DNA of 64,000 nucleotides from Daphnia carinata (lineage: Eukaryota). The position numbers and the translations under genes are program-made. The notes under the pieces were generated by a model. That model had not been told where the DNA came from. It worked only from the letters and a program-made list of their open reading frames with translations, and made no database searches. Below are positions 1 through 13,400 of this stretch, piece by piece (positions within the stretch are counted from its first letter, which is position 1; every line of letters starts with the position of its first letter). The stretch lies in contig NC_081333.1 in assembly GCF_022539665.2 (NCBI RefSeq), positions 992,001 through 1,056,000 of the forward strand, given 5' to 3'.

Positions 1-889
1 CCTCGCGAATACCTTCTTGGGGTATGGATGAATCTTTAAGCGATAATGGAACCAACAACATTACTATTCATCATACGTCAGCTTTCTTCCCATCTCACGA
101 CGTTGATCTCAGGTTACACCAATACCTTTCGTAAAAGATGCTATATGAACGTTTTCTATGTTTTGTTTTCATTTTGCTTACTTGTTTATACGATTGCGTT
201 TACCATTGATTTATTTTTGTGTGCAATTTAGAAGTGGCCAGCGGCCTATTGATCATCGTAATCTGATTTCACTAACAAGTGGACCAGACAAGTACTCGCC
301 ACCGCCGCCAATTTCCGATACTCACGACCACGTCGAACCTTCCATCGGAGAAGAAGAAATTTCTAGCTGGCTGAAAGACGTCTTGAAGGCCCAAGAAGCG
401 AGGGAACGCAAACCTGACGATCTGAATGAGCAAGTTTTAAATCTTTTGGATTCTTTCGATCACGAAAAAAATAACTGCTTGACATCGCGGGATGGACCAA
501 TGGCCGAAGGAGCACCATCAGGAGCGAAAAAGATCATGAGTCGCGTTGATTCTCATCATCTCTATTCCAGTCACAACAGCCGGATACCAACATCAAATAC
601 GTCGTTTGTCTGTGTTGAACAACCCCGTAAGGACATCCCTGTCGTTAAAGCCGATCCTCCGTCAAAAGTACCTAGCTTAATGGCCACCGTGCTGTATCCG
701 GATCCATCATCCTTTACCACAGCCGCATCGGACGGTAGCGCAAGTCGACATCAGCCATTTGATCAACAATCGCCACGCACCCGAAATCGTAGTAGCGCGA
801 CAACATCATCGTCCTCAAACCCTTCAAGCCGCGGATTCACCCCGTCACGTTTTTCCCGTTCACCGTATCCTCGTGGATCTCGGTGGTAG
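1..889 (+). CDS. 3' end of an unidentified Ser/Pro/Arg-rich, low-complexity protein (5'-partial; exons <1..130, 232..889)
   Basis: Frame open from base 3 to a GT at 131 (SRIPSWGMDE...HDVDLRLHQYLS). It joins in phase to the AG at 230-231 and the long ORF ending in TAG at 887-889 (...SRSPYPRGSRW). No family recognised. Confidence 0.55.
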
Positions 890-3800
890 CGGTCATCTTT
901 GTTGACCACTATAGTGTTGTCTATAACGCTTACTGGTTATCATGACTCGTGAATTTTTTTTTTTTTTTTAACAAGCACATCGTAAGGAATGGCCCGTCCT
1001 GAATTTCGGATCTCTTCCTGACTTAGCAATGTTAATTCTTTTCATCTTCTTTGTTTTTTTTTTTGCCCTCGAATTGTTTATGTGTCATTTATCTTAAACA
1101 AGTTGAAATTGCTTCTGGCGTCATAAGAAGGGTTCTTACTGTATGGCGGCATACATCGTCATTCGCTTGCCTATTGTGTGTGTATATGTGTGTATGGCAG
1201 AGCTAATCCTATCGTTAAGTAATCAAGGACATAAGTTTGATTTTTCCTGTAGAAAAGACATTGGAAATATCCAACTGGATCGTTTCAGGTCAAATGTAAG
1301 CAGGTTGTTTCCGATGCCAGAGTAGAGAGTAAGTTCCTTTGGGGAGGTAGCACGGTTAAATTACACCGCAAGGTTGATAAACATCCACGTTTGGTCATTG
1401 TTCGTGAGCGCCACGGCATTTTACTCGGCATCGTAATTGTTCTTCCACGTTAAAGCGGGCTTTAAGGTACCTTTTCTTTTCCCCCGAAGTTTGAAATAAC
1501 AGATCGCCGTACCAGCTCGATGCAAATTTACTACAAAATGAAAGCGTAGCATTTAGTTGCCTGTTTTAAGGATCTTATACGCGGATTTTATTCAATTTTT
1601 TTTCATTGAAATTCTTTTTTTTTAAATTTCACTTGAACCAAAAACGCTTTTCTTTTTTACTACGCGTTTTCGAATTCGATTTTTTCTAAAGCTCACCGTT
1701 CAGTCGATAAGTACAACGCGGAATTGGGGTTTCACCTTACGGATCTTGCGGTCGTTTCTTTCACCGCAAATACAATGCGCTGCGGCCATATTTAAAAGAA
1801 TTTCACGCTCGATTTTGATTAACCGTTTGATTTTATTTTTGAAGAGCGTCCTGTTACCTTTTTTCAAAATATTATTTTTTTTTTTTCATTCAAATAAAAA
1901 AATGTGCTAGTTGATTTCCAAACTGCCAAATGTTAAACATTTACTTCAATTCGCACCAATTCTCAATAAGTTGCCCGTTGGGATGAAGTACGTTGAATCT
2001 TGGGAAATGATAGGCGATATACGTCTCTCAGCATTGACGGATAATATCGTTTGCCCTTGTTTCACTCCACGCCAAATCTTTGATCTCGATGTGCACTCTC
2101 TTGTTTTTCACTTTCAATCCAGTTGAGGATCATGTCTACTATAAATAACGTTCAATCATTCGCAAATTGTTATTGCTGTTGTTTTCCTTTTTAATATTTG
2201 GTTCCCCTTCTTTTGTGATAAAGTGAACAATAAAGTCCACACCTTTCATTACGAGACCTGACATGTGTGTTCCAGATCCGTTGGATTACATTTCTTTTCT
2301 GCGCCAAAAAAAGCGGACCGAAGTTTTCGAAATGTCTCAGGTTTACAACATAAATTCGGAATGTAATGCCAATCGAAATGAAAGAGCAATAACTGTTTTT
2401 TGCGTTTATAATATGTATGTGTAATCCAGTTCTGTTATGGTATGGTGCCATGTCTCTGTGATAAGAGGATATATTGCTGTAAAGCTTTGTAATTGTTGCA
2501 ATAAAGAAATAATGTTTTTTTTTATATTTCTGTTTTCTTTGTTCGCAACTGAACATTTCGTGGATCAATCCAAGTCGGTAAGCTCCATGAGGTAAATTTA
2601 TATGATAACGTAATTGCGACTGTAAACAGATCTGACATTAAGGCAACAGTCATCGCTTTAGTATGAATTTATAAACTGTGACCTATTCAGCGGATAAAGG
2701 TTTCACACTGCAGGCTTCCCACATTTCACTCGAAGCGTGTTAATCACTTATGGGCGCGTCCCTGCCATTTCTCGTTGCTGTTATACTTGCTTGCGTTTGA
2801 ACAACGTCAGCAACTTGGGACCTTTGAATTGACTTCGATTTATGGGGAAGACCATCGACTGGGAACGACGATGGCGATCAAAGCGACGGCCAAGACGGCC
2901 GTTGCTAGTTTGAAGGCCGCATGTCAAAGTCAAATAGATCTATCGATCCATCGACCCAAAAAGCTTAAATATTTATGTTTCTTTTTTATTTTTTTTTCTC
3001 TATCCTTCTTCTTATTTTCAATTCCCCCAACGACTGGCTGTAGCCGGTTCCGGAGTCAAATCTTTGGCTGACATTGTTAACAAATGCCTTTACGATGATG
3101 CTAAACGAAAAATCGTTCAACAATTATACCGAATACAGAGAATCAAATCCGGAACATGACTGGGTATTTGGTGTTGACCTTAAAGTTGATTCTCATCACA
3201 AAAACAGGCGTACGTTTAAATGTTACGGATTTTCAATTAATGTCATAAGGCAAAGTACATTCATGTAAATATTCGCAAGCTGTGCTATGCATCTGCTAAA
3301 CACTGCGTGAAATTCTTTTACTGCTAAATGTGTTGTGCAGGGAAAGCGATGAACCTAGATGGCTGCACCAACATGTAGACTTATCCTAGAAACACTTTGA
3401 CCAACATGACTAACTTTTCGCGTTTCCAAGGATATTGGAATCCACTATTTTGAGGGGATCAGTATACTTGGCAACCAATAAATCTTGTGCAGTATATGCT
3501 ACGGTTTTAGATGGAGTTAAACATCAGCTTCGGTCCAAACTTTATGGTATACACACGTACGGTAGTATTGTTAAAACTAGAAAACCCCGGTGCAAGTTGT
3601 CATCATGGGAAAAGTGCAGACGGGCTGCCGTGAACACGCAACTCGAAACCGAAAGATAAGGAAACTAAATCTTAAAAAAAGAAAGAAATAAAAAGGAAAT
3701 TTTGTTGTTGTTTTTTTTTTTCGTGAGTTTTTGTTTTCTCTTTTCTTTTTTTTAATGTTTTATTGCGATTCGGTGATCGTCTGTCAAATAAATTTTGCTT

Positions 3801-4443
3801 CATGTGTACTACTTACAGTATCATCATCGTCAACTTTATGTTTGCCAATAAACTAAGTTAAGGCTGACAATAAATATGAATTATTTGAAGAGAGCCAAGG
3901 CTCGGCATTTATATATAGTACAAAATATCTATGTAAAAAAAAATACTTAAAAAACTAAAAATAATTAAACAAATGAAAAGGATACAATCAAACAGTCACC
4001 TGATTTTTTTGTTCGACGATCGAATCGCAGGTTTATGTGTACGCACTCGCATAGTCAATAACAGTAAGTGATAGATACATCTTGGGGTGTATTACGCTCA
4101 TCTCAAAAACATGAATTTGCATTAAAAGAATAAAACTAGATAGAATCACAACAAAAAAATAAATCAAAAATACAAAATTCTTCACCAGAAGACAAATCCT
4201 CTTCGCATTCCGTACTACATCATATTTTTCTTTGTGTGTTCGATCCATCATATAAACAGTTGAATATTATCCTTTTTGAACACTAGCACAGAAATGAAGA
4301 CAAAAAAAAAAAGGACGATCAGAAAAAGTTGTAGGTTCTAGTTTTATAAATGTCTCTTGGTTTTGTTGTCGTCCACGAAAGCGACACGGATTCTTGATAC
4401 ACATTCCGTACGATTCCAGATGAAATGTTGTGCAATAGGTCGA

Positions 4444-7400
4444 TCATCTTGCCGTGAAAAATTGGATATTTCCGAGCCAATGCAGAGTCCAATACGTCAG
4501 GCATAATATTGACATGACCTGGGCCGTGTTAGGTAAGCAGGAACCCCCTCCACCGCTCCGATTGCCGTGTTGCATCGCCGCTGGATGTTCTCCTACGCGT
4601 ATCGTAATAAAATAGTCAGCATGGCTTTAGTTAATCGGCTTTCGTGTGAAAAGCAAACAAATAGATTTGCTAAAAATAACGCATACGTTAATACATATCA
4701 GATAGCAATTCATGAGTTTTCAAATTATAGAAATCGTTGGCTGTTTCAATATCACAAATGGCCACCACTAGAGAACGTACTTGCAATCAATAATTTAATT
4801 TCCGTCATCTTTTATTGGAGCCTTTTGGCCTAGCTGTCATTCCTTCCACGTTTTTATGATGTCTTTACAAGCGTTTATTGTGAATACTGAAAGATTGCGA
4901 AAGTTCTTGCAGCGTTGAATTCCAGCAGTACTCTGATCGATTCTCTTTACAAGCAGATAAGTGAACCACGTCGTTGCCTTTTATATAGTGAACATCGCAA
5001 ACTGACACAAAAGCGGGCAGAAAACGAAGTAAAATAAAAGAGTGCTGAATCGTAAAATGATTGTTAAGATTTGTTCGAAGTCCCCCAAGAGGAAGTTACA
5101 TAAACAAAAATGGCTTTCGTCTACTAAATGTTGAATTTTTTTGTAGTTAAATGCTCACAAACACACGAATTAGCTTCAATTGCAAACAACTAGTGGAACG
5201 CTGTATGTTTTGTTTTACTGGAGAAATGCTTCTACGTTCATGCGTCTCGCAGGCGAATTAAGAGTCTTGAAATCAATTTAACCTTATTAACGTACGCACT
5301 AAGTTATCGCCTACGTCGACCGTGTGTCAGGTTGATATGGAATAATGACGACCATACGACTACAGAAATTACATTACTTCATTTGGTGTCCCCATACAAT
5401 ATGCATGTGACATCTGGAAGGATATACATGCTACGGAGAACTCTTGATGCTTCGTTAACGTAAATCGATAAAATGGCAGGCGAAAGAGCTGCAAAGTACA
5501 ACTACGGTAGATTCATTTTTGTGTAGTGAGCAACAAAAGAAAGGTTAAGCTAATATGGTGCGTTACTGTTGCGAGTGTCCATGTAAGCCTAACGTCACAT
5601 AAGTTTCCACTTGCATTTTTTTCATTTTATTTTTCGTATTTCATTCTGTACTTTTACCGTTAAACACAACGACGTACAATTTCTCATTGGCCATTACCGC
5701 ATTTCATATTTTATATTACCCAAATTGTGTTTCACACGAAGATCGCGATATAACTTACCACTTAGAACATGGACGAGAACTGAAACCGGCAAAGCGTCAG
5801 ACGGCCGGCAAGTGTAATTGCCGCCATCGGAAGCTGAGGCGCGAGGCAAAAGGAATCGAGATGAAATGAATTGTTCACTTCGCTCAGTGGCCAATGATAA
5901 CGATCCACGCGCTGTTTCTAACGACACTAGTTGGTCATCGTGATACCAGGTAAGATTTGAGTCTGGTCCATTGATGGCTCCACGTAACGTGCATGTCAGC
6001 GATAATGTGCTACCTTGAATGTAACAGCAAAAATTGGTATTTTTACTTGCGCTGTATTAGACTATGCAATTTAATGATTACCTTGCCGGACGTGTACTTC
6101 GGATGGCCCGGCTATTTGTGCCTGTCCAGCTATGGGATGCAAAAAAAAAGTGTTTTTATGTGGGAGAGTTTCGCAGTGAGCCTCACTAAGGAGCAAAGTT
6201 TCGCATTCACGAAAAAGCAATGAGGTGAAAACAATAACAAGACATAATTAATAACGTGTTACAATGTAATTGGTACGATACAGGCACTTAGTTTACTTTA
6301 GCCGCGCATTTAATGATGCATAACATCCGAATTAGAGGAGGAATCCGCAAAAATGTCCTGTCTACCTCTTCAGCTTACATCATACCTGTACACTGATTGC
6401 AAGAAGAACGAAAATATTGTGAAACGAATTAAACTAATCAGATTTACAAATTCTTCTGCATTATACCGTTATGTCACGTTTCGTAAATTCATGTCGTTGT
6501 GGTGGAATTTAAAAAATGTTACGTACTTTTAATGGAATGTAACATGATAAATAACTCGTCACTCGATAGATGACTTATCTAATGATTGATTACGTTTCCC
6601 TGTATAGCACGTTGCATCTTACTTTGTGCAAGGATAACCTTTGCCCAGTTAAAAGTGGTAATATTCGTGATGAGCACACAGCGTATGCCTTAGCTTTATT
6701 ATTGTTCAGTAGAGTGATGAACCGATGTTGTTGGATTTTATCACTTACAAGACTCAGATCCGGAGTGTTTAAACGTGTTTATACGCGTAGCCCTTGTTAA
6801 AAATAATTTGTTTAACAACTTACTATGAACTTGGAGATGAACTGGCCAGTTGATTTTGGGCTCTGTGTTGACTTGACACTCATCTGAGAATTAAAAAAAA
6901 TACAGAATAATAAATGAAGTGACTAAAATGAAGTATTACAGCCTTCAATTCATTACAGAAACCAGCATCGCGGGCTTGAACGGTCGAAATTCGTAGTTCC
7001 CAATCATCGCTAGTTGACTGGTGATGAACGCTGAAACGGCCGTCACTCGTATAGCTCACCAATGCTGACGTCAGAACGTGAAGATCTCTCTGGCGGATCC
7101 AAGATAACTACAGAAACAAAGTCGCATGTTAATGCGGCACTATACAACAAAATTGCTTTGGATTCTAAAAGGAACTTAATTGCGTCGGTGACTATACTGA
7201 TTCACGTCACGGGCTAGTGAGCTATCCAAGAAACGGAATAGATGGGCAGAATGAAGTGTATGCAGAAAGGAAAAGAAAAGAGAGACACTAATCAACACCC
7301 GGGTATAATTCCCTCTTCCGTATGGCACGTCTTTAATAAAGGGCATAGAGTTCGGTTCACCGTATCCATTTTAACAACCACATTTTGCTTTACAGTCTGG

Positions 7401-10400
7401 CATAGACAATTTTAACATTAGCAAAGACGTCATTCTAAAATTCAGATGGGAAGGAAAGAGAAAAAAATTGTGGTTAATTGAATTTTTCAATCAAACGGCT
7501 GCTCATTTCTGGGTAATAATTCAGTTACAGTTACAATGTCCGTTCTCTTTCTCTTCGACTTCTTTTTATTATTGAACTGTGTCTTTTGTAGTTTCGACTC
7601 AATTGTCTGTAGCTTTATGTAGCGTCTGGTCGCTGGGTCCAAAACATGTATAAGGCTCAAATATTGGCAGAGGAAAAAGGAATAGGACGAGATAAGAAAC
7701 AAGAAATTCAATATGCTGCGACCTCTTAAACAATTGCTGGTTTCAATCAATCTATTTCTTTTTTCTCTTTCTTTATTCGGTATATATATATTTTTAATTC
7801 CCCCACTTGTGCCCTGCGCCCTATATATATTGAAGAAAGACAGAAACCGTATTTGCCCGGTATCAACAAACTTCCGGACAACGGATATGGAGCGTTTCCT
7901 TATATGCCACCATTTTCACCGGTGTGGAAGGATAAAAAATACCGTTTTCCATTCTTTTTTTTTTGAAAATAGCCACTTTGATTTAAGTAGCTACTATTAT
8001 TAGGTGTATCGCTACCACTAATGATGTTTCGGAGGACTTTAATTGCGTAAACATTTCAAAACAGTCACTGAAGTTTAAAGGTTAAAAGAATGAATACAGA
8101 ATGTTCTTGAGATGAGTAACACAATTAAAATACGTAACGCAGAGAAACCTGAACGACGTGTTTTTGCAAGAATAAATATTTCGTACTTTTTAATGAAAAA
8201 AAAAGAAAACTTTTGCCTTTGTTGAAGTTTCCTCCACCACTCGGTTTTCTAATATCAAAACCCCTAATGTCACGCCCTTTCCCACATTATTAGATAACGT
8301 TCTTGTTGCAAAACAGAAATTTCCTTCTTTTTTCAAAAATGTTGCTGGGGAAAACCAAAGGTTTTTTCGCAGCGCTTGGCGACATGCCAGATTACATCTG
8401 CGGCCTTCGAAGAATAAAGGAAATATTTTTTTTGAGGAACACCAACTACTGCAAGAATACTTCAATAATGATCCCGTATTAATGTTATTGTAAAGGTTTA
8501 CGTGGTACGTCGAATGCTTTCCGTAACTATGGTAATGACAGCAGAGATATTCGTCTAGCCTGTATATAGCAAGAGTATTGATTCGTGATCTGAAGGTGAT
8601 GGTAAAGCACGTAACAATGAAAAGTAATACACATATACGGATTGGCATTTTGCAACTCGATGAGTGTTTGCTCTTAAATATTTGAACGAGTTACCTCCAA
8701 TTAATGCGCAACATTAAAACAAGTAAAAAGCAAAATACTTGTTCATTTTTGTTTTTATGCGACTACCATCGACTATAGGATTTCAATCCTCTAACATCAT
8801 CCAAGCAATCAAAGATATTTTTCTAAATTTCCGTTGTTGACATGCGCATTTCTGTACGCATTTTTAAATGGTGAATCCTCAGAAGATAAGTTACCATTCG
8901 GTCGCCTAGGAGCCTCGTCCGGCACTTGAGAACAACCGGCTGTCCAAGAATGACAGAAACGTTGGTCGGCCAAGTGGCTTCGAAGTATGGTTTGCTGATG
9001 GGCAGCGTAGCTGAGGGAAGAATTTCGCCACCGAATTCAACTCCAGAGACCTCTCCGACCACCTTCTCTGCAGGCAGCTGAAGATTTATGATTTTCGCAT
9101 CGTGACTACGTTTCATCCGTTTGACAGTGCGTAGCGCATCAGCGTTCCATTCATTCCGTAAGATGGTCTCGTGTGTTCTTGTCGGGAACTGCATTGCATT
9201 AGGCGACGACCACGGCTGACTGGCTGGCGAGCTGCCGTCCGGATTCAATCCATCAGCACTCCGCCATACCAGAGTCATGGGATCTAGACAGAAAAATACG
9301 CAGATCAATACGGAAATAAGAAAAACATCAGCGGATAAAAAATAAATAAATAAATAAAATAAGCCAATCGTCTATAGTTCTTCCGTCCACCATCCCTCTA
9401 TAAAGGTTATTCGATTGTTCAAAGAAAAGCCAACCGCTCAGCACGCTGTCTGTCAAACACAACGCGTAGGAAACTAAGCATAACGCGCGTTGCTACGGAT
9501 CAATTCTTGCTCGTTCATCCGTGGCTTAATAAACAAGTGCAGAGCTTATATGTAGTTTACTACAAAGACATGTACAACAAAAGCCACGATAAGTTGGCCC
9601 TGTGAACTTTATAATCACCTTCATTAAGCACCCTCTTTCTGTGAAGCTATTAAGCTAAATAGTTGTTGCTAACTCACGATAGCGGGGACTGATGTAAGTA
9701 TCTAGTGTGTTCTGTCAAGAAACTTTTAGTTTCCAGATTACGATGTGCATGGAAAATGCTCATGAAAGGCGTTTAAGCAAAAACGGTGATAAAGAAATAA
9801 TAATACGTTTTCGTAATAGCCATGCGAAATGGTATGTTTAACGAGAAGTCGCGAAATTTATGGCCTTTCAGTTTTGGCAGACTTTTGTGAATTCGAATAA
9901 GAAATCTAAGCGTTATTGATCTTTGTCAAGGCGTATTCCGATTTGCCATTAAACTCTATTTTTTATTTAGATAATCTTCACAAACTGTGTTTATGCGGCG
10001 AAATTTGCTGTAAGCCCGCGTTTTATGTTGCTATGGTTGCAGCCATCTTTTTAGTAAATAACGAGCAATTTCCAAATCAAAGAAGGCGTTCAGCTGTTAG
10101 GGGGATGAAATGCCAGCGAGAATAATTGAAAATTGGCCTTTAGGCGGTTGAAGACGTACAGTTCTTTTGATCAGAACGTGTACCACATTCAAACATTTCA
10201 GCAAAATTGCACTCACGATTCGTAAGGTGTGCGAATGATTTGTCTTCTGTTGGTACCACAAAATTGGGACACGTACGTGAACTTCTCCGCAATGCCATCA
10301 ATAGTTAAAATTGCATTAGTTTCTAAGAACGCTTTACTTTTTCCGCATTCACATGAATTTCCGCATTTCATGAAGTTTAAGTTCCATTCAAATGCCGCCT

Positions 10401-13400
10401 TTATGCAAGCAAGCCTTAATAGTGCTTGAATGTTATTTTACAATCAGAAATTATTTCCAGCACTTGATATACGAAGTAGTTTTTGCTGTGCTGTTCGTGC
10501 CATTTGTTGGTTCCGTTTCATGGTCGTTATCGATAAACAAACGGAAACAAAGCCGATAATACAATTTGGGTCTGTACGTGTTGGATTTGCTATTCGAAGG
10601 CCGGCCTGATGGGTGGGCCTAGCTTAATCAATCAAATGAAACGAGCTGCTCTCGAAGCATTCACAGCGTCAGCGAACGTGTGCGTTGTATTGAAACGTGC
10701 TCGGATTTGCGCTGCAGCAAAAAATGCAGTCACTTAGCGTATCTCATCCGTTACAAAACACATATGGTGGGTTATGGGGTCCCTGAAGCTACGAATTCAA
10801 CCTAGGCCTGTGTAAAGAAAATTCTTCCGATGATATAACGCTCATCGTGCCCCGCAGCTGTAGCTTTGTTCACGACGAAAATGCTTGTGGGTGCACGGTT
10901 TTTAACAAACCGTAGATGCGTTCGCAGTTTGTGCTTTTGGCATTAGCTGAAACGTAAGTGGTTTACAAAGAATTGTTGACGGGCACCTTACAACCGTTAT
11001 TTATAAGGGTGCTTGTGTGCCCTTATAAAGATATATAGACAGGTAAATCAAGACGCAATCAGCTTAGGCAACCTACTTTCGTTTGTTCGTCTCATGTCTT
11101 TCAATTACAATTGCAGGAGAAATCGGTTTTTAAATGGTCATCAACTTTGATCTATTTAATCGGCATCGATGGTCATGCCGACAGAAATGCAATATTCACA
11201 TTGTAACGGTTTTCGTTTAAATAAGAAGTTAACATTTCATCCCATGCAGTCGCTTTAACTATGCAATATCCATTTCATTGACATTGTCCGTTTTCAAAAA
11301 AAAAAAGGCATTACACTTATTCTTTGTCGTTAATTATGCAAAGGGTTAAAATATTAATCAAAAGTTTTCACTAAATTCTACATTTTCAGTCACAACAAGA
11401 GACGGGTTTCAATTCTAGCAAATATTCTTTCCTCTCTGATTGAATTACATTTCTAGGACATTTCTTTGGTGCTCTGCGTGGTTATTTTGGCAATAACCTC
11501 TGGTATCCAGTCTGCAACATGATCATTTATCACGTGCCTTATAGACACACTGGTTAAGTTTGATGCCATCAGAATGAAAGATAAAACTAGACCTATCATA
11601 AAAATATAGAACCACCGACAGCATGGCTATTCTAGTATGATTGCGTATTACTTGAACATCATCGATTACTTTTCGACGATGCTTGACATCTTGTAACTGA
11701 AGCAGCGCACGATCTAATCGGACAGCTCCGTAAAACATGGACTTTGGCATAAAGAAGACCCATAGCATAAAGCCATGGTACGCAGTATCACTACAATGGA
11801 CATTCTATCTGTGATTGTCGAAGCGAAAATACCGCAACAACAACAACAACAACAAAAATGTTTGGAATTGTTTGCGTCACGAGAAAAGAGAGAAAAATCA
11901 TATTTGTCATCTTATAACGCAAGGTTAGATATGAATAGTTCAGTTGAAAAATGGTAGCAAAGGAATTTAATCATGTCAAACGGAATTGGATATAGTTCAG
12001 ATTTGGCTGCCTCCCTCCTGCAATTTTAGCCCACCCTTTTTTTTAATTGGGATTTTTCTTGGTGCAACGTTTGGACACAATCAGAAGATGTTAGGTATAA
12101 TTTTCTCAATATCCTTTAACTGCAAACGCTAACTAGATATGTCCGTCAAAGGATACAGCGCTTCGAAGCAATATTGTGGTACCAGAAAGAAATAACTATA
12201 GCTTTGTACACCGTCATCGTAACGCCGGATGCGCGATTTATCGCGGAAAATGAACCCTTAAAGAACAGCGTAGCATTGCAGTTATACAACACGTAACGCA
12301 AGGCAAAATTGAGGAACTCCCTACATGCCTCAAGCAAACACCATTCTATAGCTGTGCTTTCTATTTAGTAGGAAATAATGGATTTCGATAGACATCTGTG
12401 AGGGATCATTGTTAAATAGCCGCTAGAGTACTATAGTGGCTCAAGATGGATGTCGGCAGGTCTCCAAACATCTTCTACATGTTGAGTCGTATATAGATAC
12501 ACTTCAGGCTCGTGTGTCTCATGGCTCAAATCGATCCGTCTCCAACTGCGCTGTTGATCGTTGCTTTATCATTTTTCTTTTTTAACCGCATCCATCGTAT
12601 CGTGAATTGACATTTCTTTAGAGATTGGCAGGCAAGATGCAGCAACGCGCAGACCAACTTTTGCCCGCAAATGGCAGCTTACCGCTCAGTTACACAATCA
12701 AAATTGCATTTGAAAATAGAATTTGAGACTCAACATCAAAATGGAAAGTAAGCCCAGCAAAACGTACTCAGCTATACCTTGCCGATCAGCGATACGTACA
12801 TCTATTGCAAAGCTGATTCACCATGGCAATTTAATTTTTGCGTTGGAGTTCATCGCATCGTTCTCAATTCGAGAAATAAAAAAAGAGAGACGATGAAGTG
12901 CAACGGCTGCTTGATTAAATTTCTTTGCTGGCGCACTTTGTGTCGTGTCTTTTTGGCTTTAGCACGTGACACACACAGATTTTTTTCCCCCCTTACATAC
13001 ACACAAATGCTTGGCGTGTTTGATGGATCACCGATTCGTAGTCTATGTCGTGACGAATCTTCTTTAAAGGCTGACGATGAATACTGATGCGGCTTTCACT
13101 CATCTTCCAGTGCAGGCTCTCTCTATAGAGACGTTGCTCGCTCTGGTATCGTTCGTATCTTGATTACTTCTCGCCGGGAGAAAGGCAAAACAAAAAAAAA
13201 AAAAAAAGACGTGGGAGGGGGGGGAGGAGATGTAAAACGAATAAAGATCCATACATTCACAAAATAGAGGACAAGGTTTGTGGAAAAGAATAAGACCAAA
13301 TGACGCTGAAAATATCCTAGTTGATATTAGGGTGCCAGTATCTGCGCTATACGAGAGAGGACAAGAGGGAGGAGCTGGGACCTTGTGTGGACATCTATCA

